Positions 30,607-40,823 of a DNA stretch of 64,000 bases are shown piece by piece. The notes below the pieces were generated by a model. That model was not told where the DNA came from and did no database searches. It worked only from the letters and a program-made list of their open reading frames with translations. Made by a program: the position numbers and the translations under genes. This stretch comes from an uncultured Actinomycetota bacterium (lineage in GTDB: Bacteria > Actinomycetota > Actinomycetes > Streptosporangiales > Streptosporangiaceae): the NCBI GenBank assembly GCA_963736325.1, contig CAVTOG010000002.1, positions 98,741-162,740 on the forward strand. The letters are read 5' to 3'. The first letter of the stretch is position 1; each line of letters opens with the position of its first letter.

Positions 30607-31905
<1,299 letters not shown>

Positions 31906-32141
31906 CTACCGGACGTTTCGCCCCCAGAGCCTAGCCGCCCCTGTTGGGGCCGCGGCGCAACGCCACCCCATTCGGCAATTCGGTTCACCGTCGGTAAGTC
32001 ACCGGGCACGGCAGATCGTCGGCATTTTTCTTCTGTGGTCAGGCGGTTACACCACTCTCGCCTGGACTTGACGAGCGCTTCGCACACCTTGTCTACTTAG
32101 GCGACCAAACAGACATGTTCTATAGACAATGTGGAGATGCG

Positions 32142-33179
32142 ATGAAAACGCGGTTCGCGGCCCTCGGCCTCACCCTTCTTGCCGGGACCGGGCTGCTCGC
32201 CGCGTGTGGCGACGCCGATTCGTCCACGTCCTCCGCCGGCGACACCACCGTCAAGCTGGGCTTCTTCCCCAACATCACCCACGCGACCGCCCTCGTCGGT
32301 GTCCAGAAGGGCATCTACACCAAGTACCTCGGCAAGGCCCCGAAGACGCTGACGTTCAACGCGGGCCCGGCCGCCGCGGAGGCCGTTTTCTCCGGCGCGG
32401 TCGACGCGACGTACGTCGGACCGAACCCGGCCATCAACGCGTACGCGAAATCACACGGCCAGGCCATCAAGATCATTTCTGGTGCGGCCAGCGGTGGCGC
32501 CTCGCTCATCGTCAAGCCGGGCATCAAGTCGCCGGCCGATCTGCGCGGCAAGAAAATCGCCACGCCGCAGCTCGGCAACACCCAGGACGTCGCGCTCCGT
32601 TACTGGCTCAAGCAACAGGGCTTCAAGACGGACAAGAACGGCGGCGGCGACGTGCACATCGTGCCGCAGGACAACTCACAGACGCTCACGGCGTTCTCAC
32701 AGGGCCAGATCGACGGCGCCTGGGTGCCGGAGCCGTTCGCCTCCCGGCTCGTCCTGGAGGGCAAGGGCAAGAAGCTCGTCGACGAGGCGTCCCTGTGGCC
32801 GGGCGGCAAGTTCGTGATCACGACGCTCATCGTGCGGACCGAGTTCCTGAAGAAGCACCCCGATCTGGTGAAGAAGCTCCTGCAGGCACAGGTCGAGACG
32901 ACCGAATACATCAACGCGCACAAGGCCGAAGCCGAGAAGGCGGCCAACGACGAGCTGGCCGCCCTCACCGGCAAGCCGCTCAAGCAGAACATCCTCGACT
33001 CCACATTCAAGAACGTCACCTTCACCAACGACCCGGTCGCCTCCTCGCTGGCCGCCAACGCGCAGCACGCCGAGCAGGTCGGGTTGCTGGCACACGTCGA
33101 CCTGAACGGAATCTACGACCTCGGCCCACTGAACGAAATCCTGAAGGCCAAAGGGGAACCCACCGTGAGCGGCTCATGA
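32142..33179 (+). CDS. NitT/TauT (aliphatic sulfonate-type) ABC transporter substrate-binding lipoprotein
   Basis: Lipobox LAAC; LGFFPNITHA, FNAGP, YVGPNPAIN, ATPQLGNTQDVA and WVPEP. Confidence 0.9.
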   Translation: MKTRFAALGLTLLAGTGLLAACGDADSSTSSAGDTTVKLGFFPNITHATALVGVQKGIYTKYLGKAPKTLTFNAGPAAAEAVFSGAVDATYVGPNPAINAYAKSHGQAIKIISGAASGGASLIVKPGIKSPADLRGKKIATPQLGNTQDVALRYWLKQQGFKTDKNGGGDVHIVPQDNSQTLTAFSQGQIDGAWVPEPFASRLVLEGKGKKLVDEASLWPGGKFVITTLIVRTEFLKKHPDLVKKLLQAQVETTEYINAHKAEAEKAANDELAALTGKPLKQNILDSTFKNVTFTNDPVASSLAANAQHAEQVGLLAHVDLNGIYDLGPLNEILKAKGEPTVSGS

Positions 33180-33958
33180 GTGTGACGACGCAGCGAACCC
33201 CGCAGTCCATGACCGCTCCGGCGGTCCGGATCAACGAGATCTCCAAGGCGTACGGGACCGGCGAGGGCGCGCTGCTCGCCCTCGACGATGTCTCGCTGAA
33301 CGTTCCGGGCGGGGAGTTCGTCTGCATCCTCGGCGCGTCCGGCTGTGGCAAGAGCACCCTGCTGTCGGTCGTCGCCGGCCTGGACCGGCCGACGCTCGGC
33401 ACGGTCGACGTCGGCGGCGCGCGCGTCGGCCTGATGTTCCAGGAACCGGCGCTGTTCCCGTGGCTCACCGTCAGCGGCAACGTCGAGCTGGCCATGCGCA
33501 CGCGCGGCGTCGCCAAGGCCGAGCGCAAGCGGCGTACGGCCGAACTGCTGGAGTCGGTGCACCTCGGGGAGTTCGGCCGCAAGCGCCCGCACGAGCTGTC
33601 CGGCGGCATGCGCCAGCGCGTCGCCATCGCGCGTGCGCTCGCCCAGGACAGCGACGTGCTGCTCATGGACGAGCCGTTCGGCGCGCTCGACGCGATGACC
33701 CGCGACCTGCTCCACGACGAGCTGGAGCGCATCTGGAGCGAACGTTCGCTGACGGTGCTGTTCGTGACCCACAACGTGCGCGAGGCCGTACGCCTCGGCG
33801 ACCGGGTCGTGCTGCTGTCGAGCCGCCCCGGCAGGGTCGTCGAGGAGTTCCCGGTGCCGCTGGAGCGTCCGCGGCGCATCGACTCCGGTGAGGTCGCCGC
33901 CCTCGCCGCGACGATCACCGACCGGCTTCGTGAGGAGGTAGGACGCCATGGATCCTGA
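33176..33958 (+). CDS. NitT/TauT ABC transporter ATP-binding protein
   Basis: GASGCGKST, LSGGMRQR, LLMDEPFGALD and FVTHN; ATGA overlap with the previous gene. Confidence 0.93.
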   Translation: MSVTTQRTPQSMTAPAVRINEISKAYGTGEGALLALDDVSLNVPGGEFVCILGASGCGKSTLLSVVAGLDRPTLGTVDVGGARVGLMFQEPALFPWLTVSGNVELAMRTRGVAKAERKRRTAELLESVHLGEFGRKRPHELSGGMRQRVAIARALAQDSDVLLMDEPFGALDAMTRDLLHDELERIWSERSLTVLFVTHNVREAVRLGDRVVLLSSRPGRVVEEFPVPLERPRRIDSGEVAALAATITDRLREEVGRHGS

Positions 33959-34832
33959 GGTGATCGCGGAACCCAGGCCCGCCGACAGCGTCATCCGGCG
34001 TCAGATCGTCGGACTGGACGCCCTGGAGATGGCGGCGCAGTCCCGGCGTGGCCTGGTGCGGCGCTCCTGGGCGTCGGTGTGGCCCGTCCTCGCCGCCGTC
34101 GGCATCGCGGTGGTCGTGTGGGAGCTGGTCGTGCTCAGCGGCTGGAAGCCCACGTACGTGCTGCCCGGGCCGGGCGACGTCTTCCCGCAGCTGTGGAAGG
34201 ACCTCCAGGAGGGGGCGTTCTGGTCGGGCCTGGGCCTGACCATGCGGCGCGCGGTGATCGGCTTCGCGCTGGCGATCCTGGTCGGCGCGACGCTGGGCGC
34301 GGTCGTGTCGCGCGTGCGGTTCCTGCGGGTGGCGTTCGGGTCGCTGATCACCGGGCTGCAGACCATGCCGTCGATCGCGTGGTTCCCGCTGGCCATCCTG
34401 CTGTTCCAGCTCAGCGAGAGCGCGATCCTGTTCGTCATCGTGATCGGCGCGGCGCCGTCGATCGCCAACGGCCTGATCGCCGGAGTCGACTACACGCCGC
34501 CGATCCTGCTGCGCGCGGGGAAGGTTCTGGGCCTGCGCGGGATCGCGCTGTACCGGCACCTGATCCTGCCGGCGTCACTTCCGGCGTTCGTGACCGGTCT
34601 CAAGCAGGGCTGGGCGTTCGCGTGGCGCAGCCTGATGGCCGGCGAGCTGCTGGTGATCATCGGACACCACGCTTCGCTCGGCGTACGGCTGGAGTACGCA
34701 CGGGAGAACATCGACGCCAACGACATGATCGCCACGATGATCGTGATCCTGGTGATCGGCATCGTGATCGACCGCCTGTTCGGAGCGGCCGACCGCACAC
34801 TGCGCGCCCGGCGCGGCCTGGAGCCGAGCTGA
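33948..34832 (+). CDS. NitT/TauT ABC transporter permease
   Basis: LQTMPSIAWFP and LPASLP...GLKQGWAFAWRSLMAGE. Confidence 0.92.
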   Translation: MDPEVIAEPRPADSVIRRQIVGLDALEMAAQSRRGLVRRSWASVWPVLAAVGIAVVVWELVVLSGWKPTYVLPGPGDVFPQLWKDLQEGAFWSGLGLTMRRAVIGFALAILVGATLGAVVSRVRFLRVAFGSLITGLQTMPSIAWFPLAILLFQLSESAILFVIVIGAAPSIANGLIAGVDYTPPILLRAGKVLGLRGIALYRHLILPASLPAFVTGLKQGWAFAWRSLMAGELLVIIGHHASLGVRLEYARENIDANDMIATMIVILVIGIVIDRLFGAADRTLRARRGLEPS

Positions 34833-34836
34833 GGGA

Positions 34837-34867
34837 TTGACCTCGACCTCGCCTGAGGTCGCACGCT
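34837..34867 (+). promoter_or_regulatory. MerR/SoxR-type promoter (19-bp spacer with internal palindrome), leaderless
   Basis: TTGACC-19bp-CACGCT-7nt-ATG; contains CCTCGA-N6-CTGAGG, resembling the SoxR box CCTCAA-N6-TTGAGG. Confidence 0.75.
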
Positions 34868-34874
34868 GGTCCTC

Positions 34875-35945
34875 ATGCGTGCAGTGTGGTTGAGAGAGTT
34901 CGGCGGGCCCGAGGCGCTCGTCGCGGAGGAGACGCCCGAGCCCGTCGCGGGGCTCGGGCAGGTGGTGGTCGACGTCGCGTACGCCGGCATCACGTTCGTC
35001 GAGACACAGGTGCGGGCGGGCACCGGGCCGTTCCCGGTGAAGCCTCCGCTGATCCTGGGCAACGGCGTCGGCGGCGTCGTGGGCGGCCGTCGCGTGGTCA
35101 CCTCCACGGGCGGATCCGGAGGGTACGCCGAACGCGTCGCCGTGGACGCGGGCAGCGTCATCGAGGTGCCGGACGGCCTGGCGCTCGATGACGCGGTCGC
35201 GCTGCTCGCGGACGGGCGTACGGCGACGATGCTGGTCCGCGCGGCCGGAATACGGGCCGGAGAGCGTGTGCTCGTGGAGGCTGCGGCGGGCGGCGTGGGC
35301 ACGCTGCTGGTCCAGCTGGCACACGCCGCCGGCGCCCAGGTCGTCGGCGTGGCGGGCGGGGCGCGCAAGGCAGGGCTCGTACGAGAGCTGGGCGCGGAGG
35401 CCGTCGACCATCACCGGAGCGGTTGGGAGCGGTCCGTGGGCCCGGTGGACGTCGTCTTCGACGGCGTCGGCGGTGACATGGCCCAGTCGTCGTTCGCGGC
35501 GCTGCGGCCCGGCGGCCGGATGCTGACGTACGGCTTCGCCAGCGGCGAGTGGGCGTCCTTCTCCGCGGCCGACGCGGCCGGGCGCGGCGTCACGCTGGTC
35601 CGCGCGAGCGCGAGCCCGGAGGAGATGCGCGCCCACACAAGAGACGCTCTGGCCGAGGCCGCCGCGGGACGCCTCCGCCCGGTGATCGGGCAGCGCTTCC
35701 CGCTGGAGAACGCCGCCGAGGCCCACGCCGCCATCGGGTCACGCGCGACGATTGCTGATGCGGAAGCCGCACGACCGGTTGTCGGCGTCCAGCTCGTTCA
35801 GGACGACCTCGCCCGCGAACTCCCCCGTGCTCCGGTCGACGATCGCCAGGTCCAGGCGGTCGTCGTGGTCGGCGCGCGTGGAGTACCAGCGCGTCGCCAT
35901 CTCGATGCCGCCGTCCACGAGGTGCGTGCCGGTCAGCCGGCGTGA
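34875..35945 (+). CDS. NADPH:quinone oxidoreductase (zeta-crystallin/MDR family); native C-terminus replaced by read-through after about 35753
   Basis: FGGPEAL, GGYAE, VEAAAGGVG and VFDGVGG. The sequence AHAAIGSRATI lacks the usual GKxxL end and runs antisense into the GNAT gene. Confidence 0.8.
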   Translation: MRAVWLREFGGPEALVAEETPEPVAGLGQVVVDVAYAGITFVETQVRAGTGPFPVKPPLILGNGVGGVVGGRRVVTSTGGSGGYAERVAVDAGSVIEVPDGLALDDAVALLADGRTATMLVRAAGIRAGERVLVEAAAGGVGTLLVQLAHAAGAQVVGVAGGARKAGLVRELGAEAVDHHRSGWERSVGPVDVVFDGVGGDMAQSSFAALRPGGRMLTYGFASGEWASFSAADAAGRGVTLVRASASPEEMRAHTRDALAEAAAGRLRPVIGQRFPLENAAEAHAAIGSRATIADAEAARPVVGVQLVQDDLARELPRAPVDDRQVQAVVVVGARGVPARRHLDAAVHEVRAGQPA

Positions 35946-36053
35946 CTCCGGGTCTGCCAGCGACGCCACGAGTCCGGGGGCGTCGGCGGCGCGTACGGGA
36001 CGCAGGAGGACGCGTTCACCGATGAGTGTCGGCTTGTCGGCGAAGGACACCAT
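35739..36053 (-). pseudogene. truncated RimJ/RimL-type GNAT acetyltransferase
   Basis: FADKPTLIGERVLLRP...RRLTG...DRLDLAIVD...GEVVLNE...SCGFRIS, then a stop. The acetyl-CoA-binding (Q/RxxGxG) half is missing. Confidence 0.78.
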
Positions 36054-36095
36054 GGCGCCGATCATTTCCGGTCGTCGCCGCCGGGCGCATCACGT

Positions 36096-38465
36096 TTACC
36101 TGTGCGGTGGGAACGGCGGAGGGAAGGTAGGCGGGGGGAAGGTGGGGGGCGGGGTGTGGCCGCCGCCGGGTGGGAACGGTGGTGGGATGCCGGGGCCGCT
36201 GCCCTTGCTGACGTGGATGGTGACCGTGCTGCCCGATTCGGCCTTGGAGTCGGCGTCCGGGCTGGTGCTGGCGACGCGGCCCTTGTCGTACTCGTCGGAG
36301 TAGACGCTCGGGCCGATGGTCACCTCGAAGCCGGCCTTCTCCAGGCGGGACCGCGCCTCCGACGGCGACATGCCGAGGACGTCCGGGATCCGTACGCGAT
36401 CCTCGCCGGAGCCCTCGCGGAAGTAGTCGCTCGGCGGGCTGTGGAAGGAGTGGGCGGGTGTTCCGGCGAGCGCGCCCAGCATCGTCTGGCGCCAGATCGG
36501 CGCGGGGATGTCGGCGCCGAACACCTGGCCGAAGCAGCGTCCGCCCAGGCAGACGTTGCGGAGCGGGTGGGCGTAGCCGCCGCGCGGGTCGCCGACCCAG
36601 ACCGCGCCGGCCAGATCGGGCGTGTAGCCGGCGAACCACGCGGAGGAGAAGCCGTCGACGGTGCCGGTCTTGCCGGCGGCGTCCCGGCCGATGCCCATGC
36701 CCGCCGCCGTCCCCTTGGTGAGGACGCCGCGCAGCACGTGGTTGACGGCGTCGGCGACGCCCTTGGGGATGGCCTGGTGGCAGCCGGCCGACGGCACCTT
36801 CAGGCTCTTGCCGTCGACGGTGGTGACGTTGTCGAGCACGACCGGCTCGCAGTAGCGGCCACGCGCACCGAAGGCCGCGTACGCCGCCGCGAGGCGCAGC
36901 GGGGAGACCGTGTTGAAGCCGAGCGTGAACGAGGCGTACTGCTGCAGCTCCGTGCCGTCCGCGCGGAGCATGCCGAGCTTGGCGGCCATCTTGGCCGTGT
37001 CGCAGAGCCCGACCTTCTTCTCCAGTTCGAGGAAGAAGGTGTTGACCGAGTGCCAGGTGCCCGTGACCAGGCTGAACTTGTGCCCGCCTTCACCGTCGGC
37101 GGCGTTGCCGAGCGCCTCGGTGGAGCCCACGCTCTTGCCACCGCAGTTCCTGAGGCCGGTGGGCGTGAAGTGGTCGGGCGCCATCAGGCGGTGGCCGAAC
37201 GCCATGCCCTGGTCGAGCGCGGCGGCCAGCGTGAACACCTTGAACGTCGAACCCGCCTGCATGCCGATGCTCGTGCCGTGGTCGGAGTCGGCGGCGAAGT
37301 TGACCCAGGTCTTCCCGCGCTTCTCCGCGGGCCCGAGGGCGCGGTCGACCACCATCGCGCGTACGGCCCCGGTGCCGGGCTGCACGAGCACCTCGGCGGA
37401 CGCCTTGTGCGCGGAGTTCTTCTCCGGGACGTACCGGTCGACCGCCTGCTGGGCGGCCTTCTGCATCTTCGGCTCGACCGTCGTGCGGATGGTCAGGCCA
37501 CCGCGCTGGAGGAGCAGCTTCCGCGCGTCCGGCGTCTTGCCGAAGGTCGGGTTGGCGAGGATCTCCCGCTGCACGTAGTCGCAGAAGAACGGCGCCTTGC
37601 TCTCCACGCAGCCGTTCGGTGTGGACTTCACGTGCAGGCCCAGCGGCGTACGCTCCGCGGCGCGCGCGGCGTCCTCGTCGGCCCACTGCAGCTGGGCCAT
37701 GCGCATCAGCACGGTGTTGCGGCGCTGCACGGCGAGCTTGGGGTTCACCGTCGGGTCGTACGCGTACGGGTAGCGGACGATGCCCGCGAGGAGCGCCGCC
37801 TCATCGAGGTCTAGGGAGGCGGCCGGCTTGTCGAAGTAGTGCCGCGCCGCCGCCTCGATCCCGTACGCCCCGTCGCCGAAGTAGGCGATGTTGAGGTAGC
37901 GCTCCAGAATCTGGTCCTTGGAGAGCTGCTTCTCGATCGCGACGGCGTACCGCAGCTCGCGCAGCTTCCGCGCCGGCGTCGTGGCCAGGGCGGACTGCCG
38001 GTCCTTGTCGGTCTTCGCGGTCTCGACGAGGAGGTTCTTGACGTATTGCTGGGTGATGCCCGAGCCTCCGGCGGTCACCTGACCGGCGACCAGGTTTCCG
38101 GCGGCGGCGCGGATCGTCGACTTGAGGTCGAGGCCGCCGTGCTCGTAGAACCGGTTGTCCTCGATGGCGAGGATCGCCCTGCGCATCACCGGGGCGACCT
38201 TGCTCAGCGGGACGTCGACGCGGTTCTCGTAGTAGAAGGTGGCGATCTTGGAGCCGTCGGCGGCGAGGATCAGGGATCGCTGCGGGACGACGGGGGAATG
38301 AAGATCACCGGGGATCGCCTCGAACCAGTTCGCGCTGTTCCGGGCACCGACGCCGAGCATTCCGACGGTGGAGAACGCCACGAGTGCCGCCAGCACTCCA
38401 GCGACCGCCCCTGTGCCAACGAGGCTCCAGAGCAGCCGGAAGACGCAACGTCGACCAGACGACAC
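36096..38465 (-). CDS. class A penicillin-binding protein (transglycosylase-transpeptidase) with PASTA domain
   Basis: EDNRFYEHGG, GGSGITQQYVKN, RKLRE, YLNIAYFG; GSTFK, SVN and KTGT; PASTA (IPDVLGMS..EA...L..AGF); Pro-rich tail. Confidence 0.93.
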   Translation of the reverse strand: MSSGRRCVFRLLWSLVGTGAVAGVLAALVAFSTVGMLGVGARNSANWFEAIPGDLHSPVVPQRSLILAADGSKIATFYYENRVDVPLSKVAPVMRRAILAIEDNRFYEHGGLDLKSTIRAAAGNLVAGQVTAGGSGITQQYVKNLLVETAKTDKDRQSALATTPARKLRELRYAVAIEKQLSKDQILERYLNIAYFGDGAYGIEAAARHYFDKPAASLDLDEAALLAGIVRYPYAYDPTVNPKLAVQRRNTVLMRMAQLQWADEDAARAAERTPLGLHVKSTPNGCVESKAPFFCDYVQREILANPTFGKTPDARKLLLQRGGLTIRTTVEPKMQKAAQQAVDRYVPEKNSAHKASAEVLVQPGTGAVRAMVVDRALGPAEKRGKTWVNFAADSDHGTSIGMQAGSTFKVFTLAAALDQGMAFGHRLMAPDHFTPTGLRNCGGKSVGSTEALGNAADGEGGHKFSLVTGTWHSVNTFFLELEKKVGLCDTAKMAAKLGMLRADGTELQQYASFTLGFNTVSPLRLAAAYAAFGARGRYCEPVVLDNVTTVDGKSLKVPSAGCHQAIPKGVADAVNHVLRGVLTKGTAAGMGIGRDAAGKTGTVDGFSSAWFAGYTPDLAGAVWVGDPRGGYAHPLRNVCLGGRCFGQVFGADIPAPIWRQTMLGALAGTPAHSFHSPPSDYFREGSGEDRVRIPDVLGMSPSEARSRLEKAGFEVTIGPSVYSDEYDKGRVASTSPDADSKAESGSTVTIHVSKGSGPGIPPPFPPGGGHTPPPTFPPPTFPPPFPPHR

Positions 38466-38566
38466 GGGCCAAGGGTACGTGCCGGAGCAAGCGTGTGGAT
38501 CTCAGGATCCTAACGAAACAACGTTCAAAACGACCAAACGAGGATAAAACTCGCGAAGTTAGGGCG

Positions 38567-40765
38567 TCACGGAGGGAAGGGCCAGTCCGGCTCTGGACCC
38601 TCGCCATCGCCTGCCGCGTCTTCCTTACCCTTCTTGTCGTTCTTATCCTTGTCGTCCTTGTCCTTCTTGTCTTTGTCCTTCTTGTCCTTGTCGTCCTCTT
38701 CCTCGCCACTCCCCTTGCGCGTGTAGCTCCCCGAAGGCGCGTGGAAGCCGTGCTCCGGCGTGCCCGAGAGCGCCGCGGTCATCGTCTCCCGCCAGATCGG
38801 CGCGGGGATGTCCGCACCGAACACCTCCCCGTAGCACCCGCCCTCCCCGAGGCAGACGTCCCGCAGCGGATGCTGGTACCCGCCGCGCGGATCCCCCACC
38901 CACACGGCGCCGGCCAGGTCGGGGGTGTACCCCGCGAACCAGGCCGAGGAGAAGTTGTCCACGGTCCCGGTCTTGCCTGCGGCGGGACGCCCCAGCTCAT
39001 TGCCCTTCGCCGTCCCCTTGGTCAGCACCCCTTGGAGCACGTGGTTCACCGCGTCCGCGACGTCCTCGTCGATGGCGCGATGGCACCCCGCCCCCGGCAC
39101 CTTGATCGGCCCGCGCGGCGACGAGATGCTCGTGATCGGGATCGGTGAGCAGTAGCGGCCACGTGCCGCGAAGGCGGCGTACGCCGCCGCCAGGCGCACC
39201 GGGGACACCGTGTTGAAGCCGAGGGTGAATGACGGGTACTGCTCCAGCTTGCCGCCCGTGGCCTTCCGCATGCCCAGCCGCGTGGCCATCCGGTACGTCT
39301 CGCACAGGCCGACCTTGCGCTCCAGGGCCAGGAAGAACGTGTTCACCGAGTGCCAGGTGCCGGTGACGAGGGTGAAGTCCTTGCCGCCCTCGCCGTCCGC
39401 CGCGTTGCCGAGCGCCGTCGTGGCGCCCACGCGGCGGCCGGCGCAGTTCCTGAAGCCCGTGGGCACGAACGTCTTCGGCGCGTACAGCTTCTGACCGAAC
39501 GCCATGTTCTGCTTCAACGCCTCGGCGAGCGTGAACACCTTGAACGTCGACCCCGCCTGCATGCCCAGGCTCGACCCGTGGTCGGAGTCGGCGGCGAGGT
39601 TCACCCACATCTTGCCCGGCTTGCTGCTGTCGCCGAGCTTGCGGTCGATGGCCATCGCGGTGATCTCCCCGGTTCCGGGGCGAATGAGGACTTCGGCGGC
39701 GGCCTTGCCGGAGGAGTTCTTCGGCGGCACGTACCGGTCGACGGCCTTCTGTGCGGCCTTCTGCATCGCCGGCACCAGCGTCGTATGGATCTTCAGGCCG
39801 CCTCGCTGCAGCAGCGCGCGGCGGTCCTGCAGCGTCTTGCCGTACACCGCGTTGCCGAGGATCTCCCGCTGAACGTAGTCACAGAAAAAGGGCGCCGAGC
39901 TCGTGACGCAGCCGGCGGGAGTGCGGGTGATCTTCAGCCGGACCGGTCCGCTCCGGGCCGCGGCGGCCTCGGCGGGAGTGATCACCTTCAGCTGGGCCAT
40001 CCGGTTCAGCACCATGTCGCGACGTTTCCGCGCATGGACGGGGTGCAGGTGGGGGTTGTAGGCCTGCGGCGACCGTACGACGCCGGCCAGGATCGCGGCC
40101 TGGTCGAGGGTGAGCTTCGCGGCGTGCACGCCGAAGTAGTGGCGGGCCGCGGCCTCCACGCCGTACGACCCGTCGCCGAAATAGGCGATGTTGAGGTAGC
40201 GCTCCAGGATCTGGTCCTTGGTGAACTTCTTCTCCAGGCCGACGGCGTACCGCAGCTCACGTAGCTTGCGGCCCGCGGTCTCCTCCAGCGCGCTGCGCCG
40301 CGCCGCGGAGCTGAGCGCGGCCTCGGCGAGGGCGTTCTTGACGTATTGCTGGCTCAGCGTGGAGCCGCCCTGGATGACCATGCCGGCCCGGAGGTTCGCG
40401 ATCACCGCGCGAATGGTGCCCTTGACGTCGAGCGCGCCGTGTTCGTAGAAGCGGCTGTCCTCGATCGCCACGATGGCCCGGCGCATGATCGGTGAGACGC
40501 CGCCGAGCGGCACCATGACGCGGTTCTCGTAGTAGAACGTGGCCAGTTTCGTGCCGTCGGCGGCCAGGACGACCGAGCTCTGCGGGAGTTCCGGCGTCAC
40601 CAGGTCGATGGGCAGCGCCTGGAAGCTCCGGTTGGCGAGCCGTACCGTGAACCCCGCCGACAGGGCGTACGGGATGATGACCGCGGCCGAGAGCACACCG
40701 GCGATGACCGCGACGATCGCCAGATCTCGTACCCCCGCGAGCCATTCCCCCGGTTTCGCCCCCAC
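38567..40765 (-). CDS. class A penicillin-binding protein paralog, no PASTA, Lys/Asp-rich tail
   Basis: EDSRFYEHG, GGSTLSQQYVKN; GSTFK, SVN and KTGT. Confidence 0.93.
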   Translation of the reverse strand: MGAKPGEWLAGVRDLAIVAVIAGVLSAAVIIPYALSAGFTVRLANRSFQALPIDLVTPELPQSSVVLAADGTKLATFYYENRVMVPLGGVSPIMRRAIVAIEDSRFYEHGALDVKGTIRAVIANLRAGMVIQGGSTLSQQYVKNALAEAALSSAARRSALEETAGRKLRELRYAVGLEKKFTKDQILERYLNIAYFGDGSYGVEAAARHYFGVHAAKLTLDQAAILAGVVRSPQAYNPHLHPVHARKRRDMVLNRMAQLKVITPAEAAAARSGPVRLKITRTPAGCVTSSAPFFCDYVQREILGNAVYGKTLQDRRALLQRGGLKIHTTLVPAMQKAAQKAVDRYVPPKNSSGKAAAEVLIRPGTGEITAMAIDRKLGDSSKPGKMWVNLAADSDHGSSLGMQAGSTFKVFTLAEALKQNMAFGQKLYAPKTFVPTGFRNCAGRRVGATTALGNAADGEGGKDFTLVTGTWHSVNTFFLALERKVGLCETYRMATRLGMRKATGGKLEQYPSFTLGFNTVSPVRLAAAYAAFAARGRYCSPIPITSISSPRGPIKVPGAGCHRAIDEDVADAVNHVLQGVLTKGTAKGNELGRPAAGKTGTVDNFSSAWFAGYTPDLAGAVWVGDPRGGYQHPLRDVCLGEGGCYGEVFGADIPAPIWRETMTAALSGTPEHGFHAPSGSYTRKGSGEEEDDKDKKDKDKKDKDDKDKNDKKGKEDAAGDGEGPEPDWPFPP

Positions 40766-40823
40766 ACTTCGCAGTCATCCCCACACGGGTGGTAAGCGGA
40801 AACCTGGGGCGGCGTGTCGTGGT

